Positions 55,074 to 63,857 of a stretch of DNA of 64,000 bases are shown piece after piece. Position 1 is the stretch's first letter, and every line of letters starts with the position of its first letter. A program made the position numbers and the translations under genes. The notes under the pieces are model-generated. The model did no database searches. It was not told where the DNA came from and saw only the letters and a program-made list of their open reading frames with translations. The stretch is from a virus. The DNA lies in IMG/VR virus record IMGVR_UViG_3300035034_000461, positions 1 to 64,000 of that record, one strand, 5' to 3'.

Positions 55074-55244
55074 ATGAAATACTCCATCAGAATCACGCAC
55101 AACGATCCTTCACTAGGCGAACAAGTCTTTTTCTTATCTCACAACAATCGCACCGCTTGGGTCATTGCCACGGCTAGGAAACATCTCAGTAGCTATCTAG
55201 AAGTATGTGGAAACGATTACACTGCCGTGATTGAAGAAGCCTAA
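55068..55244 (+). CDS. Paralog of ORF 52637-52819
   Basis: MKYSIRITHNDPSLGEQVFFL...CGNDYTAVIEEA; below the ORF-track length cutoff. Confidence 0.8.
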   Translation: MKMKYSIRITHNDPSLGEQVFFLSHNNRTAWVIATARKHLSSYLEVCGNDYTAVIEEA

Positions 55245-56126
55245 GACATTTATAGACTAAACTCACAGACTTTATGAAATAACACCCACCGATTGTAAAA
55301 ACTAGGATAGACTAAACTCACAGACTTTATGAAATACATCAACACCACCCCACACTCCATCTTCGAAGTAGAAACTGGCAGAACATTCCCATCTAGCGAG
55401 CATCTTACCCGTGTCAGCGTGTCTAATGAGTTTGTTTCCGTAAGCGGCGGCGTTCGCCTCTTTAGCACCACATACGGCGTCGTGACTGGTTTGCCAGCAA
55501 GCGAGGATGGGGTGCTTTTCATAGTTTCCGCGCTTGTCAAGCTTGCAGCAAACAAGGAGAAGCGTTTCGACGTGGTTTCTCCCGGCGAGCTTCTACGTGA
55601 CGAAAATGGCAATCCAGTCGGGTGCAGGGGATTCTCCCTCTAAGACTTTATAAAAACTACACTAAACTGATACTACCATGAGCAATACCACACCAGCCAC
55701 ACTCCACACTCTGATTCACTCCTGCGGATCGGTGCAACATGTAATGTTGACACCCGAGGATGTTCAATATCTCGTCGGTCTTCAGATCAAAAATGACGAG
55801 TTTGCCCCTCAAGAAGTTTACCCTGTATAAAAACTACAGTAAAATAATACTACCATGACCACTGAAATTGAAGCATATCAAGATATTAAGAACCGCCGCA
55901 GATCCATTACAGCGCGCAACGCCGGCTTGCGTATGGCAGGAAAAGCAGATCAGCAAAGTGCTTTGCCAGATCTTCCTGCCAAGCCTATGAAGTATCTGTT
56001 GACTGATTCAGAGGGCGGTTACTTCGGCATGGAATATGACAAAGAGACGGCTCATGAGTATGCCGAAGAGCGTGGTTATCTTGTCATAGCTTTGCCTTTC
56101 GATAAAGCTATGTAAATTCTTTATAT

Positions 56127-56166
56127 AAAAACCACATCTTTCCTATTAGGAAAGATGTGGTTTTTT
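56127..56166. terminator. Bidirectional rho-independent terminator
   Basis: AAAAACCACATCTTTCCTA-T-TAGGAAAGATGTGGTTTTT after the last plus-strand gene. Confidence 0.85.
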
Positions 56167-56580
56167 GTTGTTAGGTATATATATATATATATATATACAT
56201 AGGGGGAGACATACAATATACTGTTAGGCATACATATGTATGTATATACATATGGGGGGTGGAGTTAGGTATTGCTTATACATATGCCGGGGGTGGAGTT
56301 AGGTATTGCTTATATGTATGCCGGGGGGAGATATGCCTTCGATGCCATGGTATATATATGCATATATATGTATATACATACATATGGGGGGGTGGAGTTA
56401 GGTATTGCTTATATATAGGGGAGGGGGGAGGTATGCCTTTGATGCCATGGCAAAAATTTTTTTGGTAAATTCCCGATAAATTCCAATTGGCAAAAATTTT
56501 TTTGCCGAAATTTTTACAGATTTTACCCCAAATTTTTATATAAATCTTTACCTCTATACATATCTATATTTTTGGAGTTC
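56167..56580. repeat. Non-coding G-run/TA-run repeat tract at the strand switch
   Basis: 3x GGGGGTGGAGTTAGGTATTGCTTATA, 2x TATGCCTTYGATGCCATGG, 2x GGCAAAAATTTTTTT, (TA)n. Confidence 0.85.
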
Positions 56581-56585
56581 ATTGG

Positions 56586-56825
56586 TTATTTGGAGATGTC
56601 TCGATCAAGATCGGACTGATGCCAGTTGAGGGATAGCAGGGCAAACTCAAGAGCCTCTAGTGCGACCCTCTTAGCCCCCGAGTTGGATCTAGCCCCTTTG
56701 ATCGTAATAGTGTTGCCCGATGGTGTATGTTCTATTGTGACCGCTGGCAACTGAACTCCTACGTGCTGCCCACCAAATGGTCTTGCATTCGGAGTTGAGA
56801 TTATAAGTTGAGATTCGTGTATCAT
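56586..56825 (-). CDS. Hypothetical protein, release-factor-domain-like fragment
   Basis: GGQHVG...AVTIEHTPSGNTI...RS resembles the GGQ loop of RF-1 domains. Confidence 0.5.
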   Translation of the reverse strand: MIHESQLIISTPNARPFGGQHVGVQLPAVTIEHTPSGNTITIKGARSNSGAKRVALEALEFALLSLNWHQSDLDRDISK

Positions 56826-57328
56826 TTATCAATAAGTTCGATGTAAAAGTAATGGTTTATACCGATAGTATTTCCACTTGTCCCATCATATGTCCAATAC
56901 CAATCGTCCTTTTTCGCCAAGCCATAAATCATATTACTTCTCCGATAAGCAAATCCTCTTCCCACCCATTTCTTGCCATCTGGGGCTTCGGGTAGGGATG
57001 GCCACCCCTCGGGAATTGGGATACCATTATCTTCGGGTAGCGTTGGGGGAAGAGTGGTCAAGATTTCTCGGACACGCACTACTTTCCACGAATCCCCCTT
57101 CTCAGGAGGACGATCATACTTATGATGTTCACCAACTACAATACCTTCTTTAAACGATGAATTCCCTTTGGTGCTAACAATGACATCCCACTCCCTTGAC
57201 TCCACAGGGATTTCTACGAGGTCTTCCAGTGCAGCGGCATAGTAATCTCTTCCATTCAATATCAAGGACTTCCCGTTATGTTCCCCGACGATTTCGACAG
57301 GCTTTCCATTATGTGTGTATTTTTTCAT
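56822..57328 (-). CDS. Hypothetical protein
   Basis: Minus-strand operon; C-terminal module resembles part of ORF 7885. Confidence 0.65.
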   Translation of the reverse strand: MKKYTHNGKPVEIVGEHNGKSLILNGRDYYAAALEDLVEIPVESREWDVIVSTKGNSSFKEGIVVGEHHKYDRPPEKGDSWKVVRVREILTTLPPTLPEDNGIPIPEGWPSLPEAPDGKKWVGRGFAYRRSNMIYGLAKKDDWYWTYDGTSGNTIGINHYFYIELIDK

Positions 57329-57342
57329 AATTTATTATATAT

Positions 57343-57678
57343 CTATTTTGAGATTATTGTTCCGATGGGTTGCCATGTAGAAGCATGGTAAGTCGTTGGA
57401 TCGGACGCTTCTTGTGACAGGCGTTCCGCCTTTTTATTTGGGTAATTTTCGGAATTCTTATAATTCTCATATTCTATACCACTTAGTTCCGAATCATAAC
57501 ACTCAACTTCCCATGACCTTCTTTTTGGCTTTACCCCTATATATCCGCCGTCAATATATGTAATAGTCCCCCATTGTTTATATGATAATTTTACAGTAAG
57601 ATGATCATCATGTTGTAATCTCCTTGGTTGTAGTAATGTTATGGGTGTCATTATTTCAACCCTATCTCCCTCTTTCAT
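57343..57678 (-). CDS. Hypothetical protein
   Basis: ATG 6 nt after a -10-like hexamer. Confidence 0.65.
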   Translation of the reverse strand: MKEGDRVEIMTPITLLQPRRLQHDDHLTVKLSYKQWGTITYIDGGYIGVKPKRRSWEVECYDSELSGIEYENYKNSENYPNKKAERLSQEASDPTTYHASTWQPIGTIISK

Positions 57679-57716
57679 AAGTTGACTTTACCACGACAAT
57701 ATGATAAAGTCAACTT
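57679..57716. promoter_or_regulatory. Palindromic bidirectional promoter-like site
   Basis: AAGTTGACTTTA-N14-TAAAGTCAACTT reads TTGACT-17-TAAAGT on both strands. Confidence 0.6.
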
Positions 57717-57726
57717 AAATAAGAAA

Positions 57727-59238
57727 ATGCAGCACTTCAAGATGTTTTATGAAAATATGGAAGATAACTTTTCCGGTAAGTGGGAGGATGCTTTGCGCTC
57801 TTCTGAGGAGCTTTCCGTAGCAGTTGATCTCATGGGTAATATGAAGTCCAAGATCTCGGGAGAGATTTATATAGTGGGGGGAGTTCCCCGCGATCTTTTG
57901 ATGGGAGGAGAGATTGATGATGTGGATCTGGCAACCAACATGCCCTTTGAAGAGATTGCCAAACATTTCAAAATTGCCAATATATCTAAGAACGATTCCC
58001 AACCTGTGTATGCAATCAAGTGGAAAGATTACACTTACGATCTTGCCAAGTTCCGTGAGGATTCCGGTGATCTAGGAAGGCAGAATAATGTTTCAAAAGA
58101 AACGGACTCCTTTGAATCGGATACATCCAGAAGAGACATATCGATCAATGCTTTTGGTATGGATGAAAATGGAACTCTTGTGGATTACCAAGGAGGTATT
58201 CAGGATTTGGAAAATAAGATCATCCGTGCTGTGGGAGATGCTAAACAGAGATTCAAGGAAGATGCCACTCGTATTCTTCGGGTGTTTCGGTTTGCTGCTA
58301 AGATGGACTTTGATATTGAGGAAAAAACCAAAGCTGCTGCCATCGAACTTAAAGATCTTCTCAGCGACCCCTCTGCGATCTCCATGGAATCCATATCCAA
58401 AGAGTTTTATAAATCAGCTAAGTCTGGAAGAACTCTTTCTAACTTTTTAAAGAAGCTTCAAGACACGGGAATCCTACATGACATTCTACCCGAGTTCACA
58501 AGCATGGAAGGATTTGACCACAATCCCGAACACCACCCCGAGGGGGATTCTCAAGTTCTGGGACATATATATGAATGTCTCAATGTATCTCCCTACAATG
58601 ATCCTGTGATAAATCTGGCAGTCCTTTTCCACGATTTCGGAAAGGCTACTACCCGTGGAACAAGCGATTCAGGACATTCCAATTATCATGGACATGAAGG
58701 GGCAGGGGTTCCTATTGTTGAAGATATTTTCAACCGTCTTCGATTCGCTGAATTATCGGCAAATGATAAGAAAAATATATTATTCGCGGTGGATCGTCAT
58801 ATGCTTATTCATAAGTTGGATGATCTTACCATGAAGACCCTAGTCAAGCTTATCCAAAATCCGGCGTGGGAAGTTGTCAAGGCTGTGGGGTATTGTGATG
58901 AAGCTTCGCGTGGATCGGGACATTTTGACGCAAAAGCATTTGAAGAGAAGATTCAAAGAGCGGAAGAGCGGGTTGCTAAAGTTGGGGGAAATGATCCCAA
59001 TGCTGGTAGAGAAGTTATCAAAAAATACGTGGATGGTAACAAACTCATGCAGTGGTTCCCCGCCCTTAAAACCGATAAGAGTAAGTTCAAGGATATTATG
59101 TCTGGAATGCAGGAGTATATTATGAACTCTCTGGAACAAGGAACGGAACCCAACGAAGAAGAGCTTAAAAATATCGGCAATGGGATTTTATCAGAATCGC
59201 GGTTTGATATTTTATATAGACGAATCCTTTCTAAATAA
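57727..59238 (+). CDS. cca: CCA-adding tRNA nucleotidyltransferase with HD domain
   Basis: VGGVPRD...DVDLAT, RRDISINA, RFKEDATRILR, HHPEG, FHDFGK. Confidence 0.92.
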   Translation: MQHFKMFYENMEDNFSGKWEDALRSSEELSVAVDLMGNMKSKISGEIYIVGGVPRDLLMGGEIDDVDLATNMPFEEIAKHFKIANISKNDSQPVYAIKWKDYTYDLAKFREDSGDLGRQNNVSKETDSFESDTSRRDISINAFGMDENGTLVDYQGGIQDLENKIIRAVGDAKQRFKEDATRILRVFRFAAKMDFDIEEKTKAAAIELKDLLSDPSAISMESISKEFYKSAKSGRTLSNFLKKLQDTGILHDILPEFTSMEGFDHNPEHHPEGDSQVLGHIYECLNVSPYNDPVINLAVLFHDFGKATTRGTSDSGHSNYHGHEGAGVPIVEDIFNRLRFAELSANDKKNILFAVDRHMLIHKLDDLTMKTLVKLIQNPAWEVVKAVGYCDEASRGSGHFDAKAFEEKIQRAEERVAKVGGNDPNAGREVIKKYVDGNKLMQWFPALKTDKSKFKDIMSGMQEYIMNSLEQGTEPNEEELKNIGNGILSESRFDILYRRILSK

Positions 59239-59242
59239 CACC

Positions 59243-61270
59243 ATGCACGAAAATCTTTCTCTTTTATATGAATCTATTCTGATCTCAGAAATGACCGAAA
59301 AGGTTGTGAATTACGTTCAAAAACATACAGAGGATCTACCATTTGATTCCATATTTGGAGACAAGTTGCGTATTATAATTCCCGTGAAAACATCATCCAT
59401 TGTTGGGGACATCTTGAATGATCTGAAGAAGATAAATGGGTTCTCATCAATTGATCCGATGAAAGGGGAAATCCTTCGGAAAATAAAAATTGATCCTAAG
59501 TATGGACAAGGGGAAGAGAAAATCCAAACGGTTAATATCGGAAAGGCTATTCAATCCCTTAAAATTGATCCTGAGAAGAAAAAGGAATATATGTCTTGGT
59601 ATGCCAAATATAAGGACTCCTTACCGCAGGAGATGAAGAAGACATCCGACCATTCCATTATTTTAACCCGCGCTCCCGTCGATGTTGTGCGTATGAGTGA
59701 TCACCGGAATATATCCTCATGTCATTCCCAAGGTGATAGTCACTTTCAATGCGCTGTCCAAGAAGCACTCACAGGAGGAGCGGTTGCATACTTGGTAAAT
59801 TCCGATACTTTAGAATCATATATCGATAGCGACGATTTCCAAATGGATGATCTCTTTGATGATAGAGAAAGGGGTAGGAGAGGCTTGGAACCACCCGTGG
59901 CTAGGTTGAGGATTCGTAGATATATTATAGACGGGGTGGAATATGCACTACCAGAAAAACAAATATATGGAAATTTAAAAATCCCCGGATTCTTCAAGTC
60001 TGTCAGAGACTTTCTGGATGGAAAGCAGGATCTAGGCTCAATCGATTTTAATGAAAAAGATATTGAAATTAGAGGAGGTTCATATGAAGATAATGATTCT
60101 CAATATCTCATAAACGCTTACTTCGGCAGAGATTCAGAACGGGGGGATAATCTGGGGGATATTGATATGGTCGATCAATATGAAGAGGATGATCGTGACA
60201 TCGATGGGATATATGGATGGGAAGAAGAGATGCATGAGCTTGTAAGTAATTATGAAAGCAGATTAAACTATGCCTCCGTCGGGGCTGATTACGATAATCA
60301 TCCTGATGGTGGTGGTGCATATGTAATGGCATGGGGGGAGATAACCTTCGATATGTCAGGACACGATCTTCCAGAAGACATTGAGGAATTGGAACAAGCT
60401 GAGGCTTATGATATTTATAGGGTTAAAAAATATGATAATGGTGTTATGTGGTGGTCTTCTTTTATATCGTCAGTGGATAGTGATTTAACCTCCTTGGGGG
60501 ATGCAGAATATACTATAAATTTCAATGATCAATATCAACTTACCTTTTTATATAAAGAAGTTTTATACGATGAAGATTCTTTGGATACTTTTTTCAATAA
60601 TATAAGATATCTAGATATTTCTTATCAGAAATATGAAGATGATATATACCAATCCATGTTACAATCTCTTCCCGATATGGAAGAGGTTGAGGAAGACGGC
60701 ATCGAACTGGAAGAGGTTGAGGAAGACGGCATCGAACTGGAAAAATTTGATATTGAAGTCGGTTATTCTGCCAGTAAAGCAGAATGCAACATTACGTGTT
60801 ATACGAAGTCGGAAGATTACGATTTTATGAGAGATTTAGAAAAACATTTCAAATCAATCCCTCCTTATTATGTAAATCGATGTTTTCATAAATTTGTATC
60901 TGATATACATAAACCTATTCAAAAATCAGGAGAACAGATGGAATTCAAAAAATTCTTTGAGTCATTTAATAATTCCTTCGATTTAAATGAATATGTGAGG
61001 AGCTTTACCTTATTAAATATAGATTTGAGAGCGGGTTACTTCACGGTAAAGTTGGAAGTGGTATCACGGTCAAATGATAAGATGTTCATGGAAATATTAC
61101 AATCCATGGAAGGTAATTTCAAATACGTTGAACTCTTTATATTTTATATAATCATGTCCAAATTTTGGGGAGATGTGGATATGAAATCAACATACTCCGA
61201 TCTTCATAATCAAATGTCACCAGATATGCTAAAGCTTCAAAGGATATTCCTAAAATATAGAAAGTTTTAA
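59243..61270 (+). CDS. Large acidic hypothetical protein (probably late)
   Basis: 675-aa ORF; TAAATA upstream; RMSD...SSCHS motif; 30-bp duplication at 60678-60737. Confidence 0.7.
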   Translation: MHENLSLLYESILISEMTEKVVNYVQKHTEDLPFDSIFGDKLRIIIPVKTSSIVGDILNDLKKINGFSSIDPMKGEILRKIKIDPKYGQGEEKIQTVNIGKAIQSLKIDPEKKKEYMSWYAKYKDSLPQEMKKTSDHSIILTRAPVDVVRMSDHRNISSCHSQGDSHFQCAVQEALTGGAVAYLVNSDTLESYIDSDDFQMDDLFDDRERGRRGLEPPVARLRIRRYIIDGVEYALPEKQIYGNLKIPGFFKSVRDFLDGKQDLGSIDFNEKDIEIRGGSYEDNDSQYLINAYFGRDSERGDNLGDIDMVDQYEEDDRDIDGIYGWEEEMHELVSNYESRLNYASVGADYDNHPDGGGAYVMAWGEITFDMSGHDLPEDIEELEQAEAYDIYRVKKYDNGVMWWSSFISSVDSDLTSLGDAEYTINFNDQYQLTFLYKEVLYDEDSLDTFFNNIRYLDISYQKYEDDIYQSMLQSLPDMEEVEEDGIELEEVEEDGIELEKFDIEVGYSASKAECNITCYTKSEDYDFMRDLEKHFKSIPPYYVNRCFHKFVSDIHKPIQKSGEQMEFKKFFESFNNSFDLNEYVRSFTLLNIDLRAGYFTVKLEVVSRSNDKMFMEILQSMEGNFKYVELFIFYIIMSKFWGDVDMKSTYSDLHNQMSPDMLKLQRIFLKYRKF

Positions 61271-61603
61271 CCATTCCCCGAATCTCAAATCAGTATCACA
61301 ATCCAGATATTTCTTATATCTTAATTGTGAACGAGTTAGCTTAGGAGGGTCGGGAGATTGTTCTTGAACTTCCCACATACCATCTTTCGTCACCATATAG
61401 TATTTCATATCACCATCCTTATCCCAAGATCTATCCCCACGGAACATCATCCCCATATCAACTAACTTTTCACAAATGATCCCATCTGGACTTTTTGGAT
61501 CAGTGTAGAAATTATTCCTATATTGATTACCTTGTCCATATTGATCAACTCCCAAAGAATGTTGGAGGATGTGTAACTCTTCTTTTGTCATTGATCTATT
61601 CAT
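61250..61603 (-). CDS. Hypothetical protein
   Basis: HILQHSLG...YRN.F motif; minus-strand operon. Confidence 0.65.
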   Translation of the reverse strand: MNRSMTKEELHILQHSLGVDQYGQGNQYRNNFYTDPKSPDGIICEKLVDMGMMFRGDRSWDKDGDMKYYMVTKDGMWEVQEQSPDPPKLTRSQLRYKKYLDCDTDLRFGEWLKLSIF

Positions 61604-62007
61604 AATTATTCTTCTTAAGATTTTCTATATATACAGGAGTTCCCATCCAAGCTTCTTTTAAAGCATCAGTCGTGTGATACGAAAAAAGATCCTTCAACAT
61701 ACAACACGCTTCAGGAATTCCATCTTTCAAAGAAAACCAAATTAGTTGAAGTGGTAGTGTTACTACAAATATAAGAAAGAGTAATATCACCATACCTTTA
61801 CGAATCCATCCATTTTCCATTTTACAAATTTTCATAATCACGCTCCAAACATTCCAACAATCCACTCATGGACATCATCATCCTCCAGTTCTCGATAATC
61901 AAATAAAGTGTCTTCAATCGCAATTAAAAAATTAGGATTGATGTGTTCATATTCTTCCTTCGATCTACGTCTGAGAACATTCATCATTTCGTCGTATATG
62001 GATTCTT

Positions 62008-62265
62008 TCATTTCTTCTCTTGAAAAATTATTGGTCGATCTTGGTCATGCTGCGATGCGAATTCAAAATCGTGTCCGTTAAGCATGAGGTGGTTGACCAT
62101 AGTTATCGCCAGTATTTTCATGGCAGATGCAGGAATATCTGAGATAGACAAATCTCCAATTTGGATTCCATACTCATCCCATTCAATATCTCGATCAGTA
62201 TATTCCCCCCCGTAAGTAGATATATAATGATCGAGTTCGATGTTGGTGTCTAATGATATGTTCAT
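62008..62265 (-). CDS. Hypothetical protein
   Basis: Minus-strand operon. Confidence 0.55.
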   Translation of the reverse strand: MNISLDTNIELDHYISTYGGEYTDRDIEWDEYGIQIGDLSISDIPASAMKILAITMVNHLMLNGHDFEFASQHDQDRPIIFQEKK

Positions 62266-62282
62266 GGTAGTCTTTTGATGAT

Positions 62283-62681
62283 TTAAACGAGTCTATTGGA
62301 AATCATAATGGTTCCGTCAGATTTTTCTGCCATTTTCTTTATATGTCTAGCTTCTTTTAAAGAATCTGCGTATTTAAACCCCCAATCGTTTATATAATCA
62401 CGATACATCCAAATTGAATGTGACCTATTGAAGGTATGTGGATATTCCCCATTATTCAAATAGTCCCAAATAGAGTCATCTGACATTTTTTTAAACCTTT
62501 TTGGGATACACCACAACCACTTTTCTTCTTTCGCAGCAGCGATCAGAATAGCCTTACATTCTTCCGCCCTTTTTTTATAATCCTTCCTCGATACTTTGAC
62601 CTCTTCTTCATATTTTTCCACGGCTTGGATTACATCTCCACAATCCACCCACATCATTGCACCAATCATATTATCATTCAT
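62283..62681 (-). CDS. Hypothetical protein
   Basis: Overlaps the upstream stop. Confidence 0.6.
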   Translation of the reverse strand: MNDNMIGAMMWVDCGDVIQAVEKYEEEVKVSRKDYKKRAEECKAILIAAAKEEKWLWCIPKRFKKMSDDSIWDYLNNGEYPHTFNRSHSIWMYRDYINDWGFKYADSLKEARHIKKMAEKSDGTIMISNRLV

Positions 62682-63216
62682 CGTTTAATTGTAGTCTAGT
62701 TTTTATCTCGTCGGGAGATGAATAGACAATCTCATTTGGAATCACTTCATACTCCAAACCTTTCATCTTCTCCACGTATTTTTTACCCATCCCTTTAACC
62801 AAATATCCAATCGTAACATGGGGGTGGTAATCTGGATAATCACTCTCGTATGGGAAATTATCCATGAGGCGTTCATTCATATCCTGAATGGTTTTTGAGT
62901 CATCCTTCACATCAAATTTGAGAACATCATACTTTTCATTTTCAAATAGAGAGGCATTCGCAAGTATGAGAGGTGGAACTTTGAAATCTTCCAATTCCCC
63001 CAAAACATCATACCCCTTAACATCAGGATCGAATCCATAGAGCAACGTGCAATGTGTTTCATCCTCCAATCCATAGTCATCATCCTCTATGTAAATATCT
63101 TCATCATCAATCATATCATGAATCTCCTGCATTTGAGGAAGATTGAAATACAACATTGCACATCCTTTAGATACGTTTGATCTTTCTAGGAAGAACTTTA
63201 AGAATTTTTTCATCAC
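62674..63216 (-). CDS. 2H phosphoesterase (Acb1/T4 gp57B-like)
   Basis: THCTLLYG and YHPHVTIGY (two HxT motifs); starts MKKFLKFFLE. Confidence 0.8.
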   Translation of the reverse strand: MMKKFLKFFLERSNVSKGCAMLYFNLPQMQEIHDMIDDEDIYIEDDDYGLEDETHCTLLYGFDPDVKGYDVLGELEDFKVPPLILANASLFENEKYDVLKFDVKDDSKTIQDMNERLMDNFPYESDYPDYHPHVTIGYLVKGMGKKYVEKMKGLEYEVIPNEIVYSSPDEIKTRLQLNDE

Positions 63217-63244
63217 GTTATTTTAACACTACAATAGTAGAAAA

Positions 63245-63544
63245 TCAACCAAATAATCTCTCAATTTTTCTATCAATGTTTAACCATTTGATATAATTAT
63301 CACCATGGCAGGTTTCATTCTCTTTACAGAAACATGCAATGGTCTTATCTCTTAGATCTTCCACCGCTTCCTGTAGCTCCCGATTGCTGATCAAATATTC
63401 CCAATGTTTTTGAATTGCTTCCCTTTTTGTGGAAACTTTAAACGTGGCTAGAGTGTTATCCTTATATGAGAAAGGATTGCCGTATATACTCGGGCGGCAT
63501 ATACACACATCATGATTCTGTGATATATGAACTCTTTTCGTCAT
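63245..63544 (-). CDS. DUF4326-family protein
   Basis: ICRPSIYGNPF...IACFCK...CHGD. Confidence 0.85.
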   Translation of the reverse strand: MTKRVHISQNHDVCICRPSIYGNPFSYKDNTLATFKVSTKREAIQKHWEYLISNRELQEAVEDLRDKTIACFCKENETCHGDNYIKWLNIDRKIERLFG

Positions 63545-63857
63545 CCCCTTTAAAATCTACAGTAATTGTCACATGTGCATCCCAATCTTTAATGGGGTGA
63601 GGATTACCCTTGATCGTTTTATGTAATTGTTCTAGCACTTGACGAGTGATTGCATTCTTTTTATTTTCCCCACAGATCTCATATACGATTGATTTAGCTT
63701 CTAAATCATCCAGATCAGAGTATTCATAATACTGGTGAAATTTATCCATCCTAGCACTTTTAAATTTTAGCGTGATGTATTGTTTACCGAAATAACCCTC
63801 CCATGGTTCTTTGGTAAATTTCCACCCCAACTTTTCATATTTTTCTTTATCAATCAT
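63510..63857 (-). CDS. Hypothetical protein
   Basis: Minus-strand operon. Confidence 0.55.
   Translation of the reverse strand: MIDKEKYEKLGWKFTKEPWEGYFGKQYITLKFKSARMDKFHQYYEYSDLDDLEAKSIVYEICGENKKNAITRQVLEQLHKTIKGNPHPIKDWDAHVTITVDFKGDDEKSSYITES

Larger units (their letters stand above)
1811..55857 (+). promoter_or_regulatory. Dispersed 24-bp element TAAAAACTA(G/C)RN-TANNNT-N6(9)-ATG, about 70 copies, putative phage promoter for leaderless genes
   Basis: Copies at e.g. 1811, 7861, 10623, 11571, 20706, 23409, 25114, 29895, 33361, 34576, 42381, 43077, 47042, 52322, 55828; ATG usually at +24, sometimes +27. Confidence 0.85.
49027..56115 (+). other. Run of about 23 small hypothetical genes, nearly all with their own element
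   Basis: ORFs at 49027, 49489, 49741, 49996, 50557, 51121, 51860, 52346, 52637, 52851, 53303, 53684, 54012, 54327, 54762, 55068, 55329, 55678, 55855 follow an element. Confidence 0.75.

Noticed and set aside
1811-55857. The 24-bp element as an integron attC site, or its AGGA as a Shine-Dalgarno
   Set aside because: It is not palindromic and no integrase is in the window; AAGGAC/GAGGAC sits too close to the ATG and is absent from many copies
56259-56468. 69-aa ORF in the G-rich tract
   Set aside because: Low-complexity translation of DNA repeats downstream of a terminator
60678-60737. 30-bp in-frame duplication (EEVEEDGIEL twice)
   Set aside because: Ordinary slippage in an acidic linker
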